A program made the translations under genes and the position numbers. The notes under the pieces were generated by a model, which did not search any database, was not told the DNA's origin, and worked only from the letters and a program-made list of their open reading frames with translations. Source: a bacterium (GTDB lineage: Bacteria; Patescibacteriota; Minisyncoccia; Phycocordibacterales; SBAW01). Taken from it: 49,296 nucleotides of DNA. The stretch is taken from assembly GCA_021839985.1 (NCBI GenBank), contig JAKBZO010000002.1, positions 1-49,296 on the forward strand. Direction: 5' to 3'. Shown here one piece after another: positions 22,717 through 32,071 of this stretch. Within the stretch, counting starts at the first letter, position 1; each line of letters begins with the position of its first letter.

Positions 22717-24024
22717 CTATCGTCTCTCCCACTCTTCCTCCTGCCGTACGAGCAGTATCGGCGCCTGCAGCGGGTCGCGCATGAGGGCGAAGGTGGCGCG
22801 CTCCATGCGCATGGACTGCGAGCCTTTAATGAGGACCACATCGCCTTCCTTTACAAGTGGCAGGAGCGCTTCGCCTGCTTGCTGCGAATCTTCGAATTGC
22901 AGTATCTGCGACTCTGGCATGCCAGCTGCGAGCGCGGCTTCAGCGATATAGCGTGCACGAAAGCCGACCGTCACGAGCATGTCTGCGTTGCGTGCTGCGA
23001 GGGTGCCGAGTTTGCGGTGTTCATCGACCGAATATTTGCCGAGCTCAAGCATGTCGCCGATCACCGCGATCTTCCGGCCGCTTGCGCATAGTGAACCGAG
23101 TGTTTCGATCGCCGCTGACGCCGCAGCCGGTGAAGCATTATATGAATCATCGATGAGCGTCGAGTTGTTGATACCGCTGATGACGCGCATGCGCCCTGGG
23201 GGCGGCACGTAGTTGCTTTCAAAGGACGCGATGATCTGCGGGAGCGGAATATCGAGGGCGACACCGACCGCGGCGGCGGCGATAAGCGGCAAGAGCGTGT
23301 GTTCTCCGACCGAGCCGACGATGTGCGCATGTGCGCTCTCGCCTCCTGCTATGATGTCCGCTTCCATGCCGACCGGTGATACCTGCGGCTCATCAGTGCA
23401 TAGCACGTCGGTGCGCACGCCGCGTACGGTCGCGCTCTCGCCTTGTCCGAAGGTCATCGTGCGCACATCCTCCGGCGCGCGCGCTGCAAGCGAGAGCGTG
23501 CGCTCGTCGTCAGCATATACGATAAGCGCGCCGCCTTTTTTGAGTGCGGTGATAATCGATGCTTTTTCTTCAGCGACCTCTTCGGGAGATGAAAAATATT
23601 CCACATGCACCGGAACTTCAGGCAGGCGCGTGATGATCGCTATGTCGATCGGCAGCCAGCGTGCGACACTGCGTATATCGCCGGGGCGGTCTGCGCCGAT
23701 CTCAAGTACGAGCCACTCGGGATACGGCGCACGAAAAAGAATGAGTGAAAGTCCGTCTATGATGTTCTCGATCCAGCGCAGCGGATTACTCCACGCGTTG
23801 GGGCGCCCGAGAATGGTGAGCGGCAGACCGATCTCGCTGTTAAAACTCTTTTCACTTTTGCGTACGGAGAGATGCTGGACCAGACTGGCATAGATCGCGT
23901 CCTTGGTCGAGGTCTTGCCGACCGAGCCGGTGATCGCGATGACGTGAGGTTTGTACTTACGGATGACCAGCCGCGCTTCTGCTATGAGAATAGCGGTAAT
24001 AAGTTTTTTGAAGATAGATTTCAT
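22717..24024 (-). CDS. murF: UDP-N-acetylmuramoyl-tripeptide--D-alanyl-D-alanine ligase
   Basis: Mur ligase P-loop ITGSVGKTSTKD, DDSYNASP, and the C-terminal ..VLIKGSQSMRME.. Confidence 0.9.
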   Translation of the reverse strand: MKSIFKKLITAILIAEARLVIRKYKPHVIAITGSVGKTSTKDAIYASLVQHLSVRKSEKSFNSEIGLPLTILGRPNAWSNPLRWIENIIDGLSLILFRAPYPEWLVLEIGADRPGDIRSVARWLPIDIAIITRLPEVPVHVEYFSSPEEVAEEKASIITALKKGGALIVYADDERTLSLAARAPEDVRTMTFGQGESATVRGVRTDVLCTDEPQVSPVGMEADIIAGGESAHAHIVGSVGEHTLLPLIAAAAVGVALDIPLPQIIASFESNYVPPPGRMRVISGINNSTLIDDSYNASPAAASAAIETLGSLCASGRKIAVIGDMLELGKYSVDEHRKLGTLAARNADMLVTVGFRARYIAEAALAAGMPESQILQFEDSQQAGEALLPLVKEGDVVLIKGSQSMRMERATFALMRDPLQAPILLVRQEEEWERR

Positions 24025-24029
24025 GGTGA

Positions 24030-25787
24030 CTACCGATCCGGCGGGACTTGGTAATAGTTTAGCAGAAACAGCGTCAGGTCGTGGAACGTGGTCGTCCAGG
24101 TCTGCGATGCGTATTCTGCGCCGACCGGTTCGAAGGCGAAGAGGAAGATCACGAAACGGGCGTTATACGACGGGAAATAGCCGAAGAAGCTGTGCAGATA
24201 TTTGTCCGGATAGTATTTGCCGGTCGACGGATCGACGATCTGCGCAGTGCCCGTCTTGGCCGCAACGCTGTAGTGGTCGAGCTTCACCGTGCCGTTTTCG
24301 AGCGCCGTGTCGACCACGGTCGTCAGCATTTGGCTCACTTCATCGGTCGTCGTCGGCGAGAGTATTTGCATGCCGTTTCCCCAATCGATCGGCTCGGTGA
24401 GTCCGGCGACCGTGCGTATGCTGCTTCCAAGATGCGGTGTTACAAGCCGGCCGCCATTGGCAAGCGACGCGAGCGCACGAATGGTCTCAAGCGGCGTCAT
24501 GGCGATGCCTTGTCCGAATGACGCGGTGTCGTCCTCGACCTGTCGCGGGTCCTTCAGATTGGACAACAGACCGGAGGCCTCGCTTGGCAGGTCGATGCCA
24601 GTGCGAGTACCGAGCTGGTAGCGGTTCTGGAAGTAATCGCGGAAGCGGTCAGGTCCTAACTGTGTGGCGATATAGGAGGCGCCAACATTGAGCGATTGCG
24701 ACAAGATCTGCTGCATCGGGATGACGCCGCGTGCTCTGAGGTCGTAGTTGCATATGCGCATCGTGTTGACCGTGATGCAGCCTGTGTCGTCGTAGGTCGA
24801 ATCCGGTTTGATGACGCCAGCGTCGAGGCCGGCTGCCATCGTGAGCGGCTTGATGATCGAACCCATTTCATACACGCGCTGTGAAAGGCCGTTGGTGTAG
24901 ATGCCGGTGTCGGTCTGCGCACCGTAATTGTTGAGGTCGAACGTCGGCGCTTGCGCCATGGCATAGATCGCGCCAGTCTGCGGATCCATGATGATGCCGC
25001 CCGCGACCTGCGGATGCCACTGGGTCATGTAATTCGCGAGCTCGCGTTCGAGCTCAGCCTGCACGGACGGTTCGATGGTGGTAATGACATCGCCCTCCGG
25101 CTGTCCGCTCACCATGTCTTTGACGCCCGCGAAGAGTTCGACGAAGAAGTTCGTATACAGGTCGTCGCCGGTGCGCTCGAGCGTTGAGTTGTATTGCCGT
25201 TCGAGGCCGTATCGACCGTTCTGCGTATCACCATCATAGCCGACGAAACCGATCGTCTGCGCGGCAAGCGTGCGCGCCGGATAGAATCGCCACACGTCCT
25301 GCGACACGACGACCCCCTTTTGTCCGAGTGCTTGGATCGCCGCGCCGGTGCTTGTTGAGAGTTGATTCGCTACGACGACATACTGCGCGCCCGGGCGTGC
25401 CTCCTTTGTCATGAAGTCATTTTTATCGAGCGGTATGACGCCATTCAGCGCCTGGTACAGCGCCTCTGGATCGGTGACGATCGGTGGTTGAACGGCGAGC
25501 TCCACCCCCTTTTGGTTGGTGGCGGCTGCGATCTGTACGCCGTCCTTGGTGGTGAAATAAATGGTGCCGCGATCGAAAAGCGGATCGCTCGGCGCCATGA
25601 ACTCATGATCGGCGCGCGCTGCATAATCATCCCCATGAATGACCTGAAGATAATACAAACGTCCGATGCACGTAAGCGAAGCGGCAAGCACAAGAAGTGT
25701 CATGATGCGCACACGAAAAATGAACCGGCCGTGCCGTTTTGAATCCGACGAACCACCTACCCGCTCTCCTTTATCGTACGATGGCAT
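24030..25787 (-). CDS. ftsI: Class B penicillin-binding protein (FtsI-type transpeptidase)
   Basis: N-terminal TM and dimerisation domain; SxxK GSIIKP, SQSLN and KTGTAQ. Confidence 0.88.
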   Translation of the reverse strand: MPSYDKGERVGGSSDSKRHGRFIFRVRIMTLLVLAASLTCIGRLYYLQVIHGDDYAARADHEFMAPSDPLFDRGTIYFTTKDGVQIAAATNQKGVELAVQPPIVTDPEALYQALNGVIPLDKNDFMTKEARPGAQYVVVANQLSTSTGAAIQALGQKGVVVSQDVWRFYPARTLAAQTIGFVGYDGDTQNGRYGLERQYNSTLERTGDDLYTNFFVELFAGVKDMVSGQPEGDVITTIEPSVQAELERELANYMTQWHPQVAGGIIMDPQTGAIYAMAQAPTFDLNNYGAQTDTGIYTNGLSQRVYEMGSIIKPLTMAAGLDAGVIKPDSTYDDTGCITVNTMRICNYDLRARGVIPMQQILSQSLNVGASYIATQLGPDRFRDYFQNRYQLGTRTGIDLPSEASGLLSNLKDPRQVEDDTASFGQGIAMTPLETIRALASLANGGRLVTPHLGSSIRTVAGLTEPIDWGNGMQILSPTTTDEVSQMLTTVVDTALENGTVKLDHYSVAAKTGTAQIVDPSTGKYYPDKYLHSFFGYFPSYNARFVIFLFAFEPVGAEYASQTWTTTFHDLTLFLLNYYQVPPDR

Positions 25788-26106
25788 TATTCACGTTGTT
25801 CAGAGAAAGCGCGCGAGTATTCGTGTCGACATAGGCGATATCGGCTGACTTGGGCGTGACGAAACCAAGCTCCGCGGCGAGTGCTGGCGTGAGAGTCTGG
25901 GTTTGCGCAAGATACTGTGACTGTAACAGACCAAGTTCGCTTGCGATAGCGGTTGCTTGTGCGTCTGCCTTCGCGCGCGTGGCGGTGCGCTCGACCGCAA
26001 GAAGGAGGAAGGTGCCATAGAGAAATGCAGCGACAATGATGGCGGCGGCACAGATGGCTATCATGTGCCTCGCGTAATTCTGGATCATTAGGGCTTTGGT
26101 GTGCAT
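25771..26106 (-). CDS. Small bitopic membrane protein in the FtsL position of the dcw cluster
   Basis: A single TM followed by a coiled-coil-like segment. The call rests on position between rsmH and ftsI; there is no diagnostic motif. Confidence 0.5.
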   Translation of the reverse strand: MHTKALMIQNYARHMIAICAAAIIVAAFLYGTFLLLAVERTATRAKADAQATAIASELGLLQSQYLAQTQTLTPALAAELGFVTPKSADIAYVDTNTRALSLNNVNNAIVR

Positions 26107-26114
26107 ACATGATT

Positions 26115-27161
26115 CTATTCAGGGATCTTCTCAATGACTCGTAATTTCGCGCTGCGGCTTGAGGGGTTGTGAGCGATCTCTTCGGCGGTTGGCGTGATCG
26201 GTTTTTTTACCATGAGAACCCCTTCCTTGTCTCGCGTCCATCCTGCGAAGACTCTTTTCACTGCACGGTCTTCAATGCTGTGGAACGTGATGACCGCGAT
26301 GCGGCCGCCTGGCGCGAGCGCGCTCCACGCACCGCGAAGACCTTGGTCGAGTACGCCGAGTTCGTTGTTGACCGCAATGCGCAGTGCCTGAAATGTTTTT
26401 GTGGCGAAGTGCAAACGTCCGCGGCGATACGCAGCGGGCACCGCACCTCCTATCACGTCGACGAGCTGCAGTGTTGTCTCGATCGGCTGACGCTCGCGCT
26501 CATGCACGATCGCTTTCGCGATGCGGCGCGCGTAGCGTTCTTCTCCATACCCGAAGATGATGTCGGCGATCGTCTCTTCCTTCCATTCGTTCACGATCTC
26601 GCGTGCGGTCGCGCCTGAGGCAGGCTCTACGCCGTAGCTCATATTGAGCGGCTCATCGGTCATGAAGCTCAGTCCCCTGCCGTCATAGAGTTGTGTGCGA
26701 TTCCAGCCAAGATCGAAGAGTGCTTTGTTGATGCTCGAGATGTGCAACTTCTGGAGCACCTGTTCGATCTCGCCGAAGTTGGCGTTGATGACCGTCGCAT
26801 GATCGCCGAAAGGCGCAAGACGCGCCGTTACATTGGCGACCGCCTTCGGGTCGGCATCGAGCGCGAGAAGCCTTCCGATATCAAAAGCACGCAGAAGCAT
26901 TTCTGCGTGCCCGCCCGCGCCTGCGGTCGCGTCGAGGATGATGTCTTCATCGCGCGGCGACAGGGCGCCAAGCACTTCCTGCATCATGACGCTTTGGTGC
27001 GCCTCCGGTCCTTTAGCCGTCCTGGTGTCTCTGCTCTCTGTCCTCTGTCCTCTACCTGCTACTTTTCGAACCTGTCGCATGCCGCCTTCCTCTCGAATGT
27101 TGAGACGGCATAAGAAAGACCCGAAAACATTGGATAATGGATATGTAAGGAGGGCGTTCAT
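26115..27161 (-). CDS. rsmH: 16S rRNA (cytosine1402-N4)-methyltransferase RsmH
   Basis: HQSVMMQEVL, DATAGAGGH, ITFHSIEDR and NPSSRSAKLRV. The start could be the ATG at 27080 instead. Confidence 0.92.
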   Translation of the reverse strand: MNALLTYPLSNVFGSFLCRLNIREEGGMRQVRKVAGRGQRTESRDTRTAKGPEAHQSVMMQEVLGALSPRDEDIILDATAGAGGHAEMLLRAFDIGRLLALDADPKAVANVTARLAPFGDHATVINANFGEIEQVLQKLHISSINKALFDLGWNRTQLYDGRGLSFMTDEPLNMSYGVEPASGATAREIVNEWKEETIADIIFGYGEERYARRIAKAIVHERERQPIETTLQLVDVIGGAVPAAYRRGRLHFATKTFQALRIAVNNELGVLDQGLRGAWSALAPGGRIAVITFHSIEDRAVKRVFAGWTRDKEGVLMVKKPITPTAEEIAHNPSSRSAKLRVIEKIPE

Positions 27162-27167
27162 GGTGAT

Positions 27168-27602
27168 CTATAAAATGCCTAATTCACCGAGTTTTTCTGC
27201 CATCTTGTCGGCGTCATGTTCGATGCGGCGTTTGTATTCATCCCACTGCTTGTCGTTCCATACTTCGATGCGATCGGAGACGCCGGCAAGCACCACTTTA
27301 TTTTTGAGTCCTGCAAAGTCTTTGAGGTAATCAGGAATAAGCATGCGACCAGCCGAGTCGACGTCGATCTCGGATGCTCCGGCAAGGAGGAAGCGTCCCA
27401 AGCCGCGCGTGTCCGCCTGGCCTATCGGAAGTTCGGTAAGGCGGTCGGCGATCTTTTTCCATGCCTTTTCAGAAAAGACAAAAAGACACGCATCAAGGCC
27501 GCGTGTCACTACCAGCTTGCTACCGAGTTCTTTGCGAAACTTCGACGGCAGCGAAAGTCGTTTCTTATCATCCAACGTATGTAGATATTCGCCTATGAGC
27601 AT
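27168..27602 (-). CDS. mraZ: Transcriptional regulator MraZ
   Basis: Two SpoVT/AbrB-like repeats carrying DDKKRLSLP and DSAGRMLIP. Confidence 0.93.
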   Translation of the reverse strand: MLIGEYLHTLDDKKRLSLPSKFRKELGSKLVVTRGLDACLFVFSEKAWKKIADRLTELPIGQADTRGLGRFLLAGASEIDVDSAGRMLIPDYLKDFAGLKNKVVLAGVSDRIEVWNDKQWDEYKRRIEHDADKMAEKLGELGIL

Positions 27603-27633
27603 GGAGTAGGAGGAAAAAGCGCATATGACACTT

Positions 27634-27689
27634 CATCCCACTAGAATCCATCTTACTACACTAATATCCCACAAGACTCCATTTATCCA
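27634..27689 (-). promoter_or_regulatory. Candidate MraZ operator boxes upstream of mraZ
   Basis: Minus-strand GTGGGAT at 27634-27640 and 27665-27671, and GTGGAT at 27684-27689. GTGGG-type direct repeats are the known MraZ box type. Confidence 0.4.
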
Positions 27690-27714
27690 CAGTTGAGGCT
27701 TGCGATCAGCATAC

Positions 27715-27749
27715 GAAAACCCCCGCAACGCTTTGCGTTGCGGGGGTTT
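27715..27749. terminator. Bidirectional rho-independent terminator upstream of the dcw promoter region
   Basis: AAAA-CCCCCGCAACGC-TTT-GCGTTGCGGGGG-TTTT. Confidence 0.8.
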
Positions 27750-27778
27750 TCGTAGCCACATAGCCTTTTATCTGAAGT

Positions 27779-28306
27779 TTAAATGCCGTCTGATTGCCCT
27801 CCTCCTGCGGCCCCCGAGTGTGCGCCGAGGATCGCCTTGCGAGCGCGCTCTGGATCTGCTGCTTGCGTGATCTTGATATTCTCGCTCTCGCCTGCCGTTT
27901 CGATCGTAAGGTTGCCCATGCGGAATATGGTCTGCAAAAGTCCCTCGGTGTCGATCGTCACATCCTGTACTTTTTCAAGGCGCGCGGTAGTGAGTTCGCG
28001 GCTGAAGAGTCCACCCTGGCGTATGTCGATGATGTGTTGGTTGGTCACCACAACGACGTTGAGATAGTAGGTTGTCCATAAAATGAAGAACATCTGCCAC
28101 AAAAAGAGTAGCCAGAGGACATAGAGGAAGGCCAGTAGTTCGGCGGCGTTCTGTAGGGAGAGTGCACTGAGAACGCCGCCGGGCAGAAGACGCAAGACAA
28201 TGATCGGCAAGATCGCGCCGAATGCGATGACCAGTACATTGCCGGCGAACACAAGCCAGTGCTTGCGAACGACGTAGATCAGGTCTTCTCCTTCGTCAAA
28301 TCTCAT
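27779..28306 (-). CDS. Membrane protein with bacterial PH (bPH_2/YdbS-like) domain
   Basis: Two TM segments followed by ..VVVTNQHIIDIRQ..V.IDT.G.LQ..F..G.L.IETAG.., typical of the YdbS/YdbT PH domain. Confidence 0.7.
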   Translation of the reverse strand: MRFDEGEDLIYVVRKHWLVFAGNVLVIAFGAILPIIVLRLLPGGVLSALSLQNAAELLAFLYVLWLLFLWQMFFILWTTYYLNVVVVTNQHIIDIRQGGLFSRELTTARLEKVQDVTIDTEGLLQTIFRMGNLTIETAGESENIKITQAADPERARKAILGAHSGAAGGGQSDGI

Positions 28307-28515
28307 AGCAATAGTGAGGCGGTGCCAAGCAGTGCGACGACAAGTGCGGCCAGGCCGCAGGTGTACACGGCCATAGTTACAATGGCGCCGATGTGCGACG
28401 GAGAAAAACGCAGCCAGTGATAGTACAGCGACAGCGTCATGAACACGGTAACAAGAAGTGCCACATCAAGTGCGCTCAAGATGATCGGTTTGCTGGTAAG
28501 AAATGTTACATCCAT
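28303..28515 (-). CDS. Small hydrophobic membrane protein (70 aa)
   Basis: Two predicted TM segments and a 4-nt overlap with the downstream PH-domain gene. Confidence 0.5.
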   Translation of the reverse strand: MDVTFLTSKPIILSALDVALLVTVFMTLSLYYHWLRFSPSHIGAIVTMAVYTCGLAALVVALLGTASLLL

Positions 28516-28540
28516 ACAGATTCATTATAACGCAGAGTTC

Positions 28541-30010
28541 TTAGTCCTCGCTGCGCGGCTTCATGAGCGGAAAGATCTGGCATTCGCGCACGCTCTTGTT
28601 CTCGAAGAAGCTGAAGAGACGCTCCGAGACGCCGAAGCCGAATGCCGGCGGCATGCCGTATTCGAGCGCTTCCACATAGTCGCGGTCGAGGCGCTGCGCT
28701 TCTTCGTCGCCTGCTTCGCGCAGTGCTTGCTGATGTTCGAAGCGTTCGAGCTGGTCGAGCGGGTCGTTGAGTTCTGAGAAACCCTTCCCTATTTCCGAAC
28801 CGCCAAGGATCACTTGGAAGCGCTCGACCGTCTTCGGATTCTCGGGCGAGCGTTTCGCGAGCGGTTCAAGATAGACCGGGACGCCGACGAGGAACGCCGG
28901 GCCGCTGACGGTCTTGCGGATCTGCTTCCACATGAGATCGACGATGCGTGTCGTGTTGCGTGCAGCGGCATCCAGTGGGATCCCTGCCTTCTCTGCCGCT
29001 TCGACTGCTTCGGCGTCCGTGCAGACAAGCGGGTCGATACCGAAGTTCGTCTTAACCTGCTCACAGAAGTCTATCCGCGGCCATGACGTCGCCAGATTGA
29101 CCGTATGATCGCGATAGGTGAACTCCATTGTGCCGTAGACTTTTTCTGCGATCGTGCGATAGAGATCTTGCACGAGCGTCATCCCCTCCTCCATGTTCGA
29201 GAACGCTTGGTAGAACTCCAACTGCGTGTAGTCTTGGAGATGTTCGTGCGACATGCCTTCATTGCGGAAGATGCGTCCGATCTCGAAGACCTTTTCAAAG
29301 CCGGCGACGAGCAGGCGCTTCTGCCACAGCTCGCCTGCTGAGATGCGCAGGTACACATCGATATCGAGTGCGTTGTGATGCGTGACGAACGGACGTGCGT
29401 CCGCGCCGCCCGGTTCGGTCTCGAGGATCGGTGTCTCGACTTCAAGGAAGTCGCGCGCGAGCAGGAAGTCGCGGATCGTGCGCCAGAATGCAGCGCGGCG
29501 CACGATCGTTTCGCGCACGGCGCCCTCAAGAATGATGTCGAGGTAGCGCTGGCGGTATCGCGTATCTTCATCTTTGATACCGAACCATTCGGACGGAAGC
29601 GGCAGGAGCGATTTTGCCGCCATGGTCCACGACGAGACCTTCAGCGACCGCTCGCCGCGCTTCGTGGTGAACGCTTCGCCGGTGGCTGAAATGAGGTCGC
29701 CCTGATCGACGAGCTTCAGGAAAATATCGTATGACGTGTCGCCGATATCTTCGCGGCGCACGACCAATTGGATGCGCGTGCCATCGAACAGATCGGCGAA
29801 CACGATGCCTCCATGTTCGCGCAGCGACATGACGCGCCCCGCAAGGGACACCGATTCTTTGATGTCGCTCTGCTCGCGCTCAGCGAACGTGTCTAAAAAA
29901 TGCGCCACCGTGGAGGTGTGCGGAATGTGCGACGGGTACGGATCGATACCAAGCTCTCGGAGCTCGGCGAGTTTTTTGAGGCGCTCCGCGCGCAGTGCGT
30001 CTTCTGCCAT
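28541..30010 (-). CDS. lysS: Lysine--tRNA ligase (class II)
   Basis: OB-fold N-domain, RQRYLD, RIFRNEG and GFGVSERL. Confidence 0.93.
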   Translation of the reverse strand: MAEDALRAERLKKLAELRELGIDPYPSHIPHTSTVAHFLDTFAEREQSDIKESVSLAGRVMSLREHGGIVFADLFDGTRIQLVVRREDIGDTSYDIFLKLVDQGDLISATGEAFTTKRGERSLKVSSWTMAAKSLLPLPSEWFGIKDEDTRYRQRYLDIILEGAVRETIVRRAAFWRTIRDFLLARDFLEVETPILETEPGGADARPFVTHHNALDIDVYLRISAGELWQKRLLVAGFEKVFEIGRIFRNEGMSHEHLQDYTQLEFYQAFSNMEEGMTLVQDLYRTIAEKVYGTMEFTYRDHTVNLATSWPRIDFCEQVKTNFGIDPLVCTDAEAVEAAEKAGIPLDAAARNTTRIVDLMWKQIRKTVSGPAFLVGVPVYLEPLAKRSPENPKTVERFQVILGGSEIGKGFSELNDPLDQLERFEHQQALREAGDEEAQRLDRDYVEALEYGMPPAFGFGVSERLFSFFENKSVRECQIFPLMKPRSED

Positions 30011-30040
30011 ATGACTACCATACTAGCAGAAAAAGCCACG

Positions 30041-31474
30041 CTAGACGAACGTCTCCAAGATATCAGGATCAAGCGGCGACCTGCTGGCAAACGCCATGAT
30101 CTCGGAGTTCCGCTGCGTACACACGACGTACGGAAAGCCGAGGTCGGTGAGGACGCGTTCCAGAGTGCTCGCAGTAAAACCGGTCTTATGTTGCATGCCG
30201 CTCATGCCCGTGCGTATGAATTCACGATAACCATAGATCATATCAAGCGGCGTTATCGGTCCTGACGGCGACTGGTACGTCACATCAAGGAGACGATCAT
30301 CGGTGATCATTTCTGCGGCTACTTGCAGATCTGGCACAGAGATGATAGCGATGCCATCGTCTTTCAGTAGGCGTAGGAGCTCGTGTACTACCTTTGGCAG
30401 CTCGTGCCACGCAACGTGTTCGAGTACATGCGATGCTCATATGATATCGGCGCAGTGCGCAGGCAGTTGAGGTACGTCAGCCATGTCCGCCAAAATGTCG
30501 GGTGACGCTTCGGGATCGCTGTCGACGCGTACCTCGGCCCACTCGTCATGGCGTAATGAAGATACCGGAAGCGGACTCTTACCGCATCCGACATTCACGA
30601 CGATCTTCTTTTCGGTCGGCAGAATAAAAGGCGTCGGTGTACGGGTTGGCTCAAATCGGTCCCACCACGCTCGCCAGTCGATGAACGGATCTTTCTCCGT
30701 ATCGTATTGCAGATGGAGCGCTAATGATGGTATGGGCGTGAAGAGGAAATAGCCACGTTCTTGCCAGAGGCAGTTGATCGAATCGCGCTCCATCGAGGCT
30801 GACACCTCGCTCGTTCCCATTTTATAAAAGAGATCCCAATTCTTTTCGATGATCGAATGATGCGTCATGAAGCACGACGCTGTGTGGTTGTTGGTTCGCC
30901 AATGGCGGAATTCTCCCTGGACCATGCGCAGAAACTCATGGTTGTTGATGTCGGTATACCGGAACGGGTCGTTGAACGGATAGATCGAGATCGGCGCGCG
31001 CAGTTTGGCGCTCGCCGCTTCATCGAATTGGATCATTTCCGTGATCGCCGTTTCGCAGAAGAGGTAGTCATCCTGTGCGAAGTAGACCAGGTCTCTGCCG
31101 TGCTCTTTGCCATACTCATAACACGCAAGTATGGATGGCATGATGCCGTGGCTCTCAAGGGCGAAGAAGTTGGTTTTGGACCTTGCGCCAAGAAGCATCT
31201 CTTGAAGATCGTGCACGGTTTGCGCATCCGAATGATCATCGAAGATCGCTAATTCGAATTCATATTGAGGAAGAGCATCGCTCGCGCGGTTCATCGAGTC
31301 GATGAGCGATGCGGTACAGCGCCTCGTGATCTCTGATTTTGAGGCGCCGCAGTAGCGCTTCTTGTTGAGATGTGCCTGACTATCCCCTCTCGAATGAGTT
31401 TGGAGAACGCACAAAAAATGCCGCTTCAGTGTTGAAGAATGGTCATGGGCACCTATGGCCTGTGGCTGGAGCAT
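30041..31474 (-). pseudogene. Glycosyltransferase-like / SAM-methyltransferase fusion ORF interrupted by one in-frame TGA (30437-30439)
   Basis: N-terminal part FDDHSD..AQDDY (GT-A-like). C-terminal part VVNVGCGKSP...ADII[TGA]ASHVLEHVAWHEL.. (Methyltransf_11-like). The same frame continues through the stop. Confidence 0.65.
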
Positions 31475-31501
31475 AGGCGATCTTGACGGATGAGACGTCG
31501 G

Positions 31502-31963
31502 TTACTCAGCTTTAATGATCTTGTACTTGGCAGTGCCTTTGGGCGTGTGGAATGAGAATTCGTCACCTTTTTTCTTTCCCATGAGAGCGCCGCCGAGCGG
31601 CGAATGATACGAGATCTTGCCAGTGAGTACGTCCGCTTCTTCGGCGCCGACGATGGTGTAGGTGTGCGTGTCGGTCGTGCCGATCTTCTGGACGGTGACC
31701 ACGGAGCCCATGCTGATCGATTCACTTCGACCGACGCGGATGATGCGGGCACTCTTGAGAATATTCTCCAGTTTTTGGATGCGCTCCTCGAGGCTTGCCT
31801 GTACTTCGCGTGCTTGTTGATATTCGGCGTTTTCAGAGAGGTCGCCGAGCGAGCGTGCGTATTCAAGTTGCTCGGCTACTTCGCGGCGGCGCTTGGTGCG
31901 GAGCTCTTCAAGTTCATGGGTCAACTCATCGAATTTTTCCTGCGAGAGCAATTCTTCGGACAT
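31502..31963 (-). CDS. greA: Transcription elongation factor GreA
   Basis: ..RSLGDLSENAEYQQAREVQA.. coiled coil plus the C-terminal ..SYHSPLGGALMGKKKGDE.. Confidence 0.92.
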   Translation of the reverse strand: MSEELLSQEKFDELTHELEELRTKRRREVAEQLEYARSLGDLSENAEYQQAREVQASLEERIQKLENILKSARIIRVGRSESISMGSVVTVQKIGTTDTHTYTIVGAEEADVLTGKISYHSPLGGALMGKKKGDEFSFHTPKGTAKYKIIKAE

Positions 31964-32071
31964 ACAAAATTTTAACCGTTTATGAGTAAACTAAATTGAA
32001 CTCTCCTACATTTACAACGTAAGTGTATAGGAATGACCCTATGCGCGCAAGAGACATCTGGCCTGCCGTCA

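Noticed and set aside
30437-30439. Genome-wide UGA reassignment (code 4 or 25, as in some candidate phyla)
   Set aside because: TGA functions as the terminal stop of several otherwise well-delimited genes here: mpg at 14718, the 14303-14692 gene, gene B at 20835, the 8381 gene and the recombinase. Conserved genes show no other in-frame TGAs.
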